The notes below the pieces were generated by a model, which was not told the origin of the DNA, made no database searches, and saw only the letters and a list, made by a program, of their open reading frames with translations. Position numbers and translations under genes: made by a program. A stretch of DNA of 64,000 bases from an uncultured bacterium (GTDB lineage: Bacteria > Patescibacteriota > Saccharimonadia > UBA4664): positions 750,069 through 814,068 of the forward strand of contig CAVRET010000002.1 of the NCBI GenBank assembly GCA_963720265.1. Reading direction: 5' to 3'. Below, one piece after another: positions 27,059 through 36,783 of this stretch. Numbering within the stretch: position 1 is the stretch's first letter; every line of letters starts with the position of its first letter.

Positions 27059-27078
27059 TAGTGAAACGCCCTTCACTA
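27059..27078. repeat. GTGAA-N6-TTCAC-type site, copy 2
   Basis: TAGTGAA-ACGCCC-TTCACTA. Confidence 0.75.
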
Positions 27079-27516
27079 CCTGGGACGCAGTCGCAGCCAA
27101 GCCCGAATCGCATCCGGCTCTGGACCCATTACATCGTACACATCGATTTCATCTGGATTCACCCATCGGAAATCATCGTGTTCATCACTGAGAGTGACCG
27201 TTTTCGAAACGCATCTGCAAGATAGAAACATTGCCACAATATGGTGCGCCTGTCCGGAAATCACCGGAAACCATTCACCCACAAACACTGGATGCCCAAT
27301 CTCGATTTCCAGCCCGGTTTCTTCCCGCACCTCTCGCCTTAAGCCGTCAAAAAAAGGTTCGCCGGGGGTAATGCGCCCACCGGGGACATGGTATCGGCCG
27401 TGGTTGGTACCTTCCTTGTATGTTGTTGCCTCACGCAATATCAACAGCTTACCTTCAGTATTCATGATCAGCGCTTTGGCAGCGACTCTTTGGCGGATGC
27501 TTTCTGAAGTTGGCAT
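27076..27516 (-). CDS. Nudix hydrolase
   Basis: PGGRITPGE....LRREVREETGL. Confidence 0.9.
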   Translation of the reverse strand: MPTSESIRQRVAAKALIMNTEGKLLILREATTYKEGTNHGRYHVPGGRITPGEPFFDGLRREVREETGLEIEIGHPVFVGEWFPVISGQAHHIVAMFLSCRCVSKTVTLSDEHDDFRWVNPDEIDVYDVMGPEPDAIRAWLRLRPR

Positions 27517-27539
27517 GGCCAAATAATATTACGACACAA

Positions 27540-27582
27540 TTCTCCGATATAGTGAAGGTCTGTTAAGTGAAGGGCGTTTCAC
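27540..27582. other. dif-like recombination site overlapping GTGAA-N6-TTCAC copy 3
   Basis: TTCTCCGATAT-AGTGAAG-GTCTGTTAAGT; AGTGAAGGGCGTTTCAC (27566-27582) is a perfect inverted repeat of 27061-27077. Confidence 0.5.
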
Positions 27583-27676
27583 CAAAGTCGGTTATAATGG
27601 CGCCATGATGCGAACCGTGCTCTTTGTCCCAATCGCATAAGCATAACCAGTAATGCTCTGGTAGAATAAGCCTACC

Positions 27677-28870
27677 ATGAACACCACTGCGGAGCCGCCT
27701 ACGGCAACTGTCATACCAGGTGCCACCAGCGATCGCGACCGCTACATCAAGCTGGTTGAAGACGCCACGGGCACACCTTTTCGGCCCGGCAACCAATTTA
27801 CCATCCTACAAAACGGCGACGAAATCTTCCCAGCTATGCTTGCGGGCATCCGCTCAGCCAAGTCGAGCATCGAGTTTGTAACCTATGTGTATTGGCATAG
27901 CCGCATTGCCAACGATTTTGCCGAAGCCCTGGCCGAGCGCGCCCGTGCCGGAGTGCGGGTACGGTTGCTCGTCGACGCCATCGGCGGCGCCATCATGAAT
28001 TCGCGTACCGTTTGGCAGCTTGAGCGCTCAGGCGTTAAACTGGCCTGGTTCCGTCCCGCCCGCTTCCAATATTTGTCCAAGCTCAACAATCGCACCCACC
28101 GCAAGCTGCTCGTAATCGACGGCGCCCTTGGCTTTACCGGCGGCGTGGGCATTGCCGACCAATGGGCCGGCCACGCTGACACCTCCGGTCATTTCCGCGA
28201 AACCCACTGCCAAATTATCGGGCCGGCCTGCGCCGATCTCCATGCCTCGTTTGCCGAAAGCTGGCTTGACGCCACCCACGAACGGCTGAAACCCCCGACC
28301 GCACTCGAGCCCGTAGGCAACATTGCTGTTCACACCACCAACTCCACCGCCGGCCGCCGCCCCACCGCGATTGGGCGGCTGTTTTTAAACATTATCGCCT
28401 CGGCTCGCCACAGGCTATGGATTACCACCGCCTATTTTGTACCCAACGAATACTTCATCGCCGCTCTGTCGGCCGCTGCTGCCCGCGGTGTAGAGGTGCG
28501 TGTGCTGACCAACGGTCCGCAGTCAAACCACAAAGTTACGCAACTCGCCGGCCGCGCCACCTATGCCCCTCTGCTCGCCGCCGGCGTCCGCTTATACGAA
28601 TACCAAGGCACCGTGCTCCACTCCAAAGTGCTCACGGCCGATAGCGCCTGGGCCACCATTGGCACCACCAACCTCGACGATCGCTCACTCATCCTCAACG
28701 ACGAGGTTAATGTCTCAACTGTTGATCCCGGCATCGTAAGCGCCCTTGACCGCCAATTTGAGGCCGACGTGAGCCGGGCCCGGGAAGTGCATGCGCCTCA
28801 TTGGGCCGCCCGCAGTTGGCCGGGCCGCGTGGCCGAAACCACTGCCGGCCTTTTCCGCCACCAACTGTAA
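27677..28870 (+). CDS. cardiolipin synthase-like phospholipase D
   Basis: Two HKD motifs (HRKLLVID, HSKVLTAD), NGDEIFPAML, TAYFVP. Confidence 0.9.
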   Translation: MNTTAEPPTATVIPGATSDRDRYIKLVEDATGTPFRPGNQFTILQNGDEIFPAMLAGIRSAKSSIEFVTYVYWHSRIANDFAEALAERARAGVRVRLLVDAIGGAIMNSRTVWQLERSGVKLAWFRPARFQYLSKLNNRTHRKLLVIDGALGFTGGVGIADQWAGHADTSGHFRETHCQIIGPACADLHASFAESWLDATHERLKPPTALEPVGNIAVHTTNSTAGRRPTAIGRLFLNIIASARHRLWITTAYFVPNEYFIAALSAAAARGVEVRVLTNGPQSNHKVTQLAGRATYAPLLAAGVRLYEYQGTVLHSKVLTADSAWATIGTTNLDDRSLILNDEVNVSTVDPGIVSALDRQFEADVSRAREVHAPHWAARSWPGRVAETTAGLFRHQL

Positions 28871-28932
28871 AGCCGCATTTCAGGCAAAAAGTACCGAGTA
28901 ATGCTACACTCGTTTCGTTAGAGGAAAACGAC

Positions 28933-29826
28933 ATGTCAAAGAAAATTACCAAAGCTGTAATCGCTGCCGCCGGCCTCGGTACCCGCTTTTTACCCATGAC
29001 TAAGGCTTTGCCCAAAGAAATGCTGCCCATCATCGACAAGCCCATCATCCAATACGTGGTTGAAGAAGCCGTGGCGGCCGGCATCACCGACGTCATTATC
29101 GTGGGCTCGGCCCACAAGCGCGCCATTGAAGATCATTTCGACCATTCACACGAGCTCGAGGCCAAGTTGACTCGCGACGGCAAGACCGAGGTTGTGGAAG
29201 AACTTACTCGCATCGCCGAGCTGGCAAATTTTGTCTACCTCCGCCAAAAACCAGTTTACAGCGGCAACGCTATCCCGATCTTAAATGCTGCCCACTTGCT
29301 CAACGACGACCCGTTTCTTTACCTGTATGCCGACGACTTTTTCCTGTCCGAAACCCCGCGCGCGGTCAGTCTCGTGCGAGCGTACGAAGAACACGGCAAG
29401 TCCGTCATTGCGTTAGCCCCCATGCCGCGCGAACGGGCCGCTAGCTATGGTATTGCCGATGTGCGAGAGGAGATATCACCGGGGCTGTTTCATGTCGCCG
29501 CCCTGGTCGAAAAACCCATGCCGGAAGACGCCCCGCACAAGGACGGCAATATTTACGTTTCCACTTCGGGCATGGCCTTAACGCCCGACATTATTCCAAT
29601 CCTGCACGAGCAACAGCCCGACCCGCGCAACGGCGAATTATGGGTCAGCCAAGCCGTCAACACATTGGCTAGCCGCGACACGGTCTATGGCCAGGTCATC
29701 GAAGGCCGCTGGCACGACGCCGGTAATAAAGAGAAATACCTTGAGGCCATTGTGGACGTCGCACTCGCCGATCCAGCCATTGCTCCGGTTTTCCGTGAAT
29801 ATCTAAAGGGTAAACTCGGAGCATAA
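28933..29826 (+). CDS. galU: UTP-glucose-1-phosphate uridylyltransferase
   Basis: KAVIAAAGLGTRFLPMTKALPKEMLPIIDKP, VEKP. Confidence 0.9.
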   Translation: MSKKITKAVIAAAGLGTRFLPMTKALPKEMLPIIDKPIIQYVVEEAVAAGITDVIIVGSAHKRAIEDHFDHSHELEAKLTRDGKTEVVEELTRIAELANFVYLRQKPVYSGNAIPILNAAHLLNDDPFLYLYADDFFLSETPRAVSLVRAYEEHGKSVIALAPMPRERAASYGIADVREEISPGLFHVAALVEKPMPEDAPHKDGNIYVSTSGMALTPDIIPILHEQQPDPRNGELWVSQAVNTLASRDTVYGQVIEGRWHDAGNKEKYLEAIVDVALADPAIAPVFREYLKGKLGA

Positions 29827-29861
29827 GCGTGTTCCCAGCAACAGGGAGTATAATCCCAACC

Positions 29862-30029
29862 ATGAGCAATAAGCGCCTCATCTGGCTGGGCGCCGGCGTC
29901 GGCGGCACCATTGGCAGTTTTGTACCCGCGATCTGGGGCGGCAGTCTGCTCGGCGGCTGGAGCATTCTCCTTTCCACCATCGGCGGCCTGGTCGGTATCT
30001 GGGCAGCCTATAAATATATCCACCGCTAA
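29862..30029 (+). CDS. small Gly-rich membrane protein
   Basis: TATAAT 7 nt before ATG; two hydrophobic segments. Confidence 0.7.
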   Translation: MSNKRLIWLGAGVGGTIGSFVPAIWGGSLLGGWSILLSTIGGLVGIWAAYKYIHR

Positions 30030-30032
30030 GTC

Positions 30033-30302
30033 ATGGCTACCGCATCGGGCCCAACCGTCAAAATTTATACCACCAGCTGGTGCTCATTCTGTCGCGCCGA
30101 GAAGAAATTTCTTAACCAGCATGGCGTGGCCTATGATGCCCTCGACGTCGAAGCCGATCCCAAAGCAAGCGCCGAGCTGGCGAATCTTTCGCATCAGCTC
30201 GGCGTACCGTTTACGGTCATAATCAAACCCGACAGCTCCGTTGCCACAGTGCTCGGCTTCGACCGGGTGCGCATCTCGACTGTACTTGGCATTAGTAATT
30301 AG
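30033..30302 (+). CDS. glutaredoxin-like (NrdH-type) protein
   Basis: IYTTSWCSFC, GVPF, VLGFD. Confidence 0.85.
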   Translation: MATASGPTVKIYTTSWCSFCRAEKKFLNQHGVAYDALDVEADPKASAELANLSHQLGVPFTVIIKPDSSVATVLGFDRVRISTVLGISN

Positions 30303-30325
30303 GGTCTAAACTGAGAGCCCGCCCA

Positions 30326-30589
30326 TTACATCGGCTGGTGCCGAAACGCCCGCACCAGTCCCAAAAGAATCACCGCACCCAAAATAGCCGTCAGTAGCGT
30401 CGGAACATTAAAGCCGGTCGTCGTTGGGGTCCCCAGCAACTCAAGCACAAAGCCCCCGATAATCGCACCGAGAATCCCCACGACCACATTCATCCAGTTA
30501 TTCACGCGCGCGTCCATGCCGGTGATGAGCGACGCAACCCAGCCGGCTATCGCGCCTAAAATAATCCACGTCACAATTGTCCAGAACAT
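30326..30589 (-). CDS. GlsB/YeaQ/YmgE family membrane protein
   Basis: WIILGAIAGWVAS, NVVVGILGAIIGG, AILGAVILL. Confidence 0.9.
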   Translation of the reverse strand: MFWTIVTWIILGAIAGWVASLITGMDARVNNWMNVVVGILGAIIGGFVLELLGTPTTTGFNVPTLLTAILGAVILLGLVRAFRHQPM

Positions 30590-30718
30590 GCTTATCCTCC
30601 TGTCTCACAATTAGTTGATAATGCTTTCCATAGGGTACCGTAGCAAATGGGCCGGTCGAAATGGGCATTTTGCCAATTCCATAAGCCCAGCCTCATTCTC
30701 CCGTGATATAATGCGCCA

Positions 30719-31252
30719 ATGAGCTATCCATTCAACCACATCCCATTTGGCAAACAAGGCGAGTTCGTCACCACCGTTATTGAGATTCCAAGAGATTCTA
30801 TGCTCAAAGTCGAGTGGCGCCGTCACGAAGAATACTTTGTGCTCGACCGCGTTGAGCCCGGTATTTTTGCCAAACCAGTCAGCTACGGCTTTATCCCGCA
30901 AACCCTGGACGCCGACGGCGACGAGCTCGACACCCTCGTAGTTACTGAAGAGCCGCTGCCGATGGGGCTGGTGATCCAGGAGGCGCGCGTCATCGGCATG
31001 GTAGACTTTCAAGACAACGGCGACGATGACTACAAAATTATTTGCGTGCCCGTCGACGATCGCAATCGCGGCCCCATCAAGCACGTCGACGAGCTCGGCG
31101 AGCAATGGAAGCGCCAAATTACTTACCACTTTGATCACTACAAAGACTTAAAAAAAGGCGGCACCAAAGTGCGCGGCATCTTGGGCCCAGACGAGGCCTG
31201 GAAAATCATTGCCGAATGCGTGCAACGCGCCCAGGCCGAAAAATGGTGGTAA
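30719..31252 (+). CDS. ppa: inorganic pyrophosphatase (family I)
   Basis: VIEIP, YGFIPQTL, DGDELD, DYKII, HYK. Confidence 0.9.
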   Translation: MSYPFNHIPFGKQGEFVTTVIEIPRDSMLKVEWRRHEEYFVLDRVEPGIFAKPVSYGFIPQTLDADGDELDTLVVTEEPLPMGLVIQEARVIGMVDFQDNGDDDYKIICVPVDDRNRGPIKHVDELGEQWKRQITYHFDHYKDLKKGGTKVRGILGPDEAWKIIAECVQRAQAEKWW

Positions 31253-31259
31253 GTAAGGT

Positions 31260-31685
31260 TTGTCCCCGATCGATTTAGCGCACATTCTCAACCGCACCAG
31301 CCGCGCCGTTGGTGCGCTCGTAACCAGACCAGACGGCCGCCTGCTCATGGTGCGCGATCGCCTGCGGCGCGAATGGTCGTACCCGGCCGGCTACGTTGAC
31401 CGCGGCGAGCAGCCGCTCGAAGCCGCCCTTCGCGAGCTGCGCGAGGAGGTCAACATCCGCCTCACGTCCGACCGTCTTGAATTCGCCGGCACCCGGGTTA
31501 TCAAACGTCCCTTAGGAAAGCTTGAATTCACTACCTACCGGGCGGGCGTCACCACAGAAGAAATCGCGAATCTCAAACTCCAAGCCATCGAGCTTACCGC
31601 CTACAAATGGGTCACGCCGGATGAAGCCCTTGAGCTCACCTCTGCCCGCCTCCGGCCGCGCCTGCGCGAACTACTGTCAGCCTAA
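31260..31685 (+). CDS. Nudix hydrolase
   Basis: PAGYVDRGE..LEAALRELREEVNI. Confidence 0.85.
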   Translation: MSPIDLAHILNRTSRAVGALVTRPDGRLLMVRDRLRREWSYPAGYVDRGEQPLEAALRELREEVNIRLTSDRLEFAGTRVIKRPLGKLEFTTYRAGVTTEEIANLKLQAIELTAYKWVTPDEALELTSARLRPRLRELLSA

Positions 31686-32173
31686 GACGCTCGTTCTAAC
31701 TGTTCCCGAGCAGCAGCCACAGCGCTAAGCACGTGGCCCCGATTTTTACTTTCCGGCAGAGTTTCTTCAGTAAACCAGCCAATTTCCGCAATCTCGCTCG
31801 TGGGCTGAATTTGATCCCTCGCCACGCGGCCAGCAAAAATATAACGCGCTGAAACACCGTCGTCATTTACAAGTTCATCAACGGCGACCAAGCCAACATC
31901 GGTAGCCGCCAAGCCGATCTCTTCCTCAAGCTCCCGCGCCGCCGCCCCGTCCGGCGCTTCGGCCTGACCTTGCGCATGATCGAACTTACCGCCAGGCAAC
32001 TTCCAATTTTCTGTATCGTCGGCCTCAGTTAAAGCCAAAAATGATTCCGGATCCTCAAGATCAAAAAGCACGATCCTGACACTATCAGTCGGGCGGCGAA
32101 CTTCGGGCGATGTATCTCCATTTGCTGGCCGTTCCTGTTCGACCGGGTGCTCAGCCTCAAAATGCTCATTCAT
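31682..32173 (-). CDS. Nudix hydrolase
   Basis: WKLPGGK...AAARELEEEIGL. Confidence 0.85.
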   Translation of the reverse strand: MNEHFEAEHPVEQERPANGDTSPEVRRPTDSVRIVLFDLEDPESFLALTEADDTENWKLPGGKFDHAQGQAEAPDGAAARELEEEIGLAATDVGLVAVDELVNDDGVSARYIFAGRVARDQIQPTSEIAEIGWFTEETLPESKNRGHVLSAVAAAREQLERAS

Positions 32174-32307
32174 GGGCTCAAGCATATCATGCCACCCGCA
32201 GCCGTTGACCGCACGGCCGGCCGCTGATCTTGTTGACGTTATCTCATCGCATGGGATTGATCCTATACCGTGTCGCATCTCGTACCCTCGGAAGGGAGGT
32301 TAACGAC

Positions 32308-32760
32308 ATGGTCATATCGCTCCTCACCTTGGCAGCCGGAATACTGCTGATAGTAATCGGAGAACCTGGCAGGTGGCGATCCTGCGCTGGCGGGGCCCTT
32401 ACCCTCCTCGGGGTCGTTTTTCTCTTCGACAGCTTTCCTGTGGCCGCAAGGGGATTCTTTGCCAGCGCCGGTAACTCCCTGGCCCACTGGTGGGACGCCG
32501 CTTTCAGAGGAGGGCCAGGTTTCAGCCCGACCGGCTTCGTCGTATTTGTCGTCGGGATCGGCCTCCTCATCCTTGGTTTGCGCAAGGTCAAGGGTAAAAA
32601 CTTGGTGGCAGTGTGCATCGGCGCCGGGCTCCTGCTCGCCATCGGTGCATTGGCGGCATCTTTCCCCGAGTTCGGAACCGCTACGTTGAACCTGGCGGTA
32701 GGGCTCTGGAAAGAGCTTGTGACTGCCTGGAAAGTCACATTTTCCGGCAAAACCTTCTAG
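32308..32760 (+). CDS. orphan multi-TM protein
   Basis: GGGAGGT SD; four hydrophobic segments; GC hairpin ~32801-32848. Confidence 0.7.
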   Translation: MVISLLTLAAGILLIVIGEPGRWRSCAGGALTLLGVVFLFDSFPVAARGFFASAGNSLAHWWDAAFRGGPGFSPTGFVVFVVGIGLLILGLRKVKGKNLVAVCIGAGLLLAIGALAASFPEFGTATLNLAVGLWKELVTAWKVTFSGKTF

Positions 32761-32921
32761 TTGCGACCGTCACGCCATCGACACCGGACCGATACCTATT
32801 CGCCCCAGCCCCGCGCCGCCGAGCCTTACCGCTTGGCGGCCGGGGCGCGACTTTTGAGCGTAACTTGCTTTAAACTACTTTTGCTTATATGGTTGAACCA
32901 ACAAAGGATCAACACAAAGAC

Positions 32922-33932
32922 ATGAGCTACAAAATTGCCATTAACGGCTTCGGCCGCATCGGCCGCAACGCCTTCAAGATTGCCCGCCAGCATCCCGAGC
33001 TGGAGGTGGTCGCCATCAACGACCTCACGGTGCCGTCCACGCTGGCGCACTTACTAAAGCACGATTCCAATTACGGCGCCTACCACGAAGACGTGTCGGC
33101 CGATGAGAAAAACCTCATTGTTGGTGGAGATAAAATCCAGGTAATCGCCGAAAAAGACCCTTCGGCGCTGCCATGGGGCGACCTTGGCGTCGACGTCGTT
33201 ATTGAGTCCACCGGCCGCTTCACTCACCACGACGATCTGCAAAAACACATCGACGCCGGCGCCAAAAAGGTCGTACTGTCAGCTCCGGAAAAAGACGATC
33301 ACACTCACGATACCATTGTGATCGGCGCCAACGAGGATACGCTTGAGCCGCACCACACCATCGTTGATAACGCTTCTTGTACTACTAACTGCATTGCTCC
33401 AATTATGGCTGTGTTAACGTCTAAACTCGGCGTTGAAAAATCCCTCATGACCACCGTCCACAGCTATACCGCCAGCCAAGCCCTTCAGGACGCGCCCAAC
33501 AAGGACCTGCGCGAAGGCCGCAACGCCGCGGAAAACATCGTTCCCACCACCACCGGCGCCGCCATTGCCGCCGCTCTCACCGTGCCCGCACTCAAAGAAA
33601 AATTCGACGGCCTCTCAATTCGCGTCCCCACGCCGGTCGTCTCCATTTCCGACATCACGCTCGTCGCCAAGCGCGATACTACGGTGGAAGAGGTCAACGA
33701 AATTCTGAAAAAAGCCGCCGCCGAGCCCCGCTACCAGGGCATTCTGGACTACACCGACGAAGAACTCGTTAGTTCCGATTTCATCGGCAACCCGCATTCG
33801 GCCATCGTGGATTCAAAACTTACCAAGGTCGTGGGCGGCAACCTCGTGAAAGTGGTGGCCTGGTACGACAACGAATGGGGCTACTCCAATCGCCTGGTTG
33901 AACAAGTCTTAAACGTTGCGAAAGCGAACTAG
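32922..33932 (+). CDS. gap: type I glyceraldehyde-3-phosphate dehydrogenase
   Basis: INGFGRIGR, NASCTTNC, WYDNEWGYS. Confidence 0.97.
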   Translation: MSYKIAINGFGRIGRNAFKIARQHPELEVVAINDLTVPSTLAHLLKHDSNYGAYHEDVSADEKNLIVGGDKIQVIAEKDPSALPWGDLGVDVVIESTGRFTHHDDLQKHIDAGAKKVVLSAPEKDDHTHDTIVIGANEDTLEPHHTIVDNASCTTNCIAPIMAVLTSKLGVEKSLMTTVHSYTASQALQDAPNKDLREGRNAAENIVPTTTGAAIAAALTVPALKEKFDGLSIRVPTPVVSISDITLVAKRDTTVEEVNEILKKAAAEPRYQGILDYTDEELVSSDFIGNPHSAIVDSKLTKVVGGNLVKVVAWYDNEWGYSNRLVEQVLNVAKAN

Positions 33933-33949
33933 ATAATTCAATCAACACT

Positions 33950-33988
33950 GCCGGTGGACGGGAGCGTCTAGCGCCCCCGTCCACCGGC
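33950..33988. terminator. hairpin between gap and the convergent orphan
   Basis: GCCGGTGGACGGG ... CCCGTCCACCGGC. Confidence 0.7.
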
Positions 33989-34017
33989 TTGAGAAAGGTC
34001 GTCGTGCTCCACCTTCC

Positions 34018-34368
34018 TCAGGGCGATGAGGGTAGAGTCTCGCCCGCGGGTTCATGGCTAACCAGCGACAGCAGCGTCGCGAGCGCGTCCGCCCGCTCAT
34101 CGGGCCTCGTGTAATAGAGGCAGGGTTTATGGACCGTCCAGGTGCTATCGCCCGCGCGAACAATAGCAAAAAGCCAGTTTCCGTGACCGACACTGAATAC
34201 GCAGTGAACAACACGAACCTCAGCATTGCCCACTTCACCGGACGACACCGGATTGGCCATAGCCGGCGTGCCACCAATCGTGACAGCTACGCCTCCGGTT
34301 GTTGGTAGCTCAGCTAGTTCGAGAGGCAGCAGGCCTTCAAGCCTGACGTACATCTGCAGAATTGACAT
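34018..34368 (-). CDS. orphan hypothetical protein
   Basis: AAGGAGT SD; upstream TATAAT; 3' hairpin. Confidence 0.6.
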   Translation of the reverse strand: MSILQMYVRLEGLLPLELAELPTTGGVAVTIGGTPAMANPVSSGEVGNAEVRVVHCVFSVGHGNWLFAIVRAGDSTWTVHKPCLYYTRPDERADALATLLSLVSHEPAGETLPSSP

Positions 34369-34484
34369 GTAAATTCCACTCCTTCGGCAAATCTGTGCAC
34401 CGGCCAGCCTATTATAAGCGATAGGTGTGAAGTGCAGCTGTAAACAACTTGCCCTAAACCTTCAAGTTACGCATACTGCTTATC

Positions 34485-34934
34485 ATGAAAGTTTTTATTG
34501 GCGCCGATCACGCCGGCTACGAGCTCAAAAACGTTATGCGTGAGCACTTGCATCACGCGGGGCACAAAGTGGTTGACGTTGGCGCCAAGACCCTTGACGA
34601 GGACGACGATTATCCTCGCTATGCCTATGCTATGGCGGCCAAAATACTTGGTGAGGAAGACGATGACGCCCACGGCATCCTCCTGTGCGGCTCGGGGCAA
34701 GGCATGAGCATGGCCGCCAACCGCGTCAACGGCGTGCGCGCCGCCCTGGCCTGGAACGTCCAATCTGCCGCGTCTGCCAAAGAAGACGACAACGCCAACG
34801 TGCTGGTGCTGCCGGCCCGCTTCATCACCGACTACGCCGCCATTGAAATGGTCGACGCTTGGCTCGAAGCCAAATTTAAAAAAGATCCCAAATACCTCCG
34901 CCGCCTCGACGAGCTGGAGGAACTTTATGGCTAG
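34485..34934 (+). CDS. rpiB: ribose-5-phosphate isomerase B
   Basis: GADHAGYELK, DDYP, CGSGQG, ANRV.GVRAA, NANVL. Confidence 0.92.
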   Translation: MKVFIGADHAGYELKNVMREHLHHAGHKVVDVGAKTLDEDDDYPRYAYAMAAKILGEEDDDAHGILLCGSGQGMSMAANRVNGVRAALAWNVQSAASAKEDDNANVLVLPARFITDYAAIEMVDAWLEAKFKKDPKYLRRLDELEELYG

Positions 34935-35565
34935 CGTCGCGCCCACGATTCTCGCCGCCACGCCCGAGGATTACGCCCGCCGCATCAACAACGTCAAACC
35001 TTTCGCTACCCGCCTCCACATCGACATTGCTGACGGCGTGTTCGAAGATCAGAAGTCTGTGGGATTATCCCAAATCTACGACATTGACGGCGTACCGTTC
35101 GATTTGCACCTCATGATGAATCACCCCGAAGGTCAATTTGAAGCCATCTGTGAGCTAGGCCCGCAGCTCGTCATTACGCACTTTGAAGCGCCGTTCGACC
35201 ACGAGGCCTTTTTCAAGCAACTCCGCGAGGTCGACATCAAAGTCGGCTTGGCGCTTAAGACCGAAACTACCGTTGAGCAAGCTAAGGATATGCTGGCGAA
35301 TATCGACCATCTCGTTGTCTTCACCGGCAAACTCGGCCACAACGGCGGTGAGTTCCGCGCCGACTGCCTGGATAAAATCGCTCAGGCCAGGGCCATTAAT
35401 GCAAATCTCGAAATCGGCGTCGATGGTGGCATTAACCAGGAAACCGCCCGCACCGCCATCGCAGCCGGCGCCGACCTGCTCGACGTTGGCAGCTTTATTC
35501 ACGACTCCGACGACCCCGAAATCGCCTACATCGCGATCCAGGCCATTGCCGAAGGCACGAGCTAA
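34927..35565 (+). CDS. rpe: ribulose-phosphate 3-epimerase
   Basis: APTIL, HIDIADG, DLHLM, HFEA, VDGGI. Confidence 0.9.
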   Translation: MASVAPTILAATPEDYARRINNVKPFATRLHIDIADGVFEDQKSVGLSQIYDIDGVPFDLHLMMNHPEGQFEAICELGPQLVITHFEAPFDHEAFFKQLREVDIKVGLALKTETTVEQAKDMLANIDHLVVFTGKLGHNGGEFRADCLDKIAQARAINANLEIGVDGGINQETARTAIAAGADLLDVGSFIHDSDDPEIAYIAIQAIAEGTS

Positions 35566-35591
35566 CTCAGCCGGGCCAAACCAACAAAAAA

Positions 35592-35627
35592 AGGGGTTCT
35601 AGGCCATAAACCAAGCCTAGAACCCCT
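35592..35627. terminator. intrinsic terminator hairpin
   Basis: AGGGGTTCTAGGC ... GCCTAGAACCCCT with adjacent A-run. Confidence 0.75.
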
Positions 35628-35633
35628 CTTGTG

Positions 35634-36668
35634 TCATGCCGCAGCCGGCGCCAGAATCGTCGCCGCCAAATACGGCAGTACCATCTCAGGCTCCCCCAGC
35701 TGCCTCACGTAGTACGCAGGCGTTTTGCCGCGCAGCTCCGCCGCCGCCCGCTCGTACCAGCCTTCAAGGCGCGAGTCCGCCTCGCACCACTCTTGGATTA
35801 GCAGCATGGCCCGGTGCTCGGTCACATAGAGCGACCAATCGGCGGCTCCGGAGTACACCAAGAGTAGCAGGTCGATGAGCCACCGCCGTGGTTGGTCGTC
35901 GTCGGGCGGCACATAATCGCCATCCTCGTCACGCCTGCGTAGCAACGCATCGAACTTGACCGCTGGCGGCGCGTACTCCGCCGCCAGCTCATACGGCGGC
36001 TCGCTGCCGTCAAGGAAGTCCAGCAACTGCCGGATGAATGCGCGTTCAGTGAGAACGTCGCCTATCGTCTGTACCAACGCGTCGTCGGCTCGCAGCTTGA
36101 GCGGGTCGTTAGGCCCGGTATCGAGATCGCTGTGCTCAAGCGTAAACCAGAAACCGCCCGCCGACCGTCCGATGCCGATGTTGTGGATCACCAGGCCGCC
36201 GCTGCCGCCGCCCTCCACCGTCGCCGTGCACCAGATCACAAGCATGCGGATATTCGGCTGAGCCGGCATGGGGCTTATAGCCCTTTCGAAGCCGCTCAGA
36301 ACGACAGTGAAATGCTCAGCTTGTTCAGACCTTGGAACCTGCTGCTCAGGTGCATCGAGTCCAGCTCGCAGATCCGTGATTACACGCTCTGCAGTACCTG
36401 GTCCGCCGTTTACCATGTCATATCCGCGCGGGTCAAACCTGGTTGAGCCGGCGATGCCCAGGTTCAGCTGTCTGCCACCGAGGAATCTGATGGCTCGGGC
36501 AGGGCGACGACGGTGCAGGTACTGGTAAGCCTCACCCTTTGTGAGATTCGCAGCCAGCTCGCCCCAGCCGGTGCGCTCCAGCGCCGCCGCTGCCGCAGGA
36601 AGCAACACGGCATTCGCATGCAGGGCTATCAACACGTCAACGCTTACCAAGCCCTCGATCGAAATCAT
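35634..36668 (-). CDS. orphan multidomain protein with a possible C-terminal Xre/MbcA/ParS-type domain
   Basis: GGGAGGT SD; C-terminal WYERAAAELRGKTPAYYVRQLGEPEMVLPYL. Confidence 0.7.
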   Translation of the reverse strand: MISIEGLVSVDVLIALHANAVLLPAAAAALERTGWGELAANLTKGEAYQYLHRRRPARAIRFLGGRQLNLGIAGSTRFDPRGYDMVNGGPGTAERVITDLRAGLDAPEQQVPRSEQAEHFTVVLSGFERAISPMPAQPNIRMLVIWCTATVEGGGSGGLVIHNIGIGRSAGGFWFTLEHSDLDTGPNDPLKLRADDALVQTIGDVLTERAFIRQLLDFLDGSEPPYELAAEYAPPAVKFDALLRRRDEDGDYVPPDDDQPRRWLIDLLLLVYSGAADWSLYVTEHRAMLLIQEWCEADSRLEGWYERAAAELRGKTPAYYVRQLGEPEMVLPYLAATILAPAAA

Positions 36669-36783
36669 CTTCCACCTCCCAGAGACTGCCGTAACGGTTG
36701 GGCTAAGGCAAAAATTATGACACATATACGCAAGGAGTTCCATACATCTCGCCAAAAGTCGACATTGCGGCTATGCTTTGGTT

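Noticed and set aside
27059-27078. CRP-binding site
   Set aside because: Spacing is GTGA-N8-TCAC rather than N6, and the central bases are conserved between copies.
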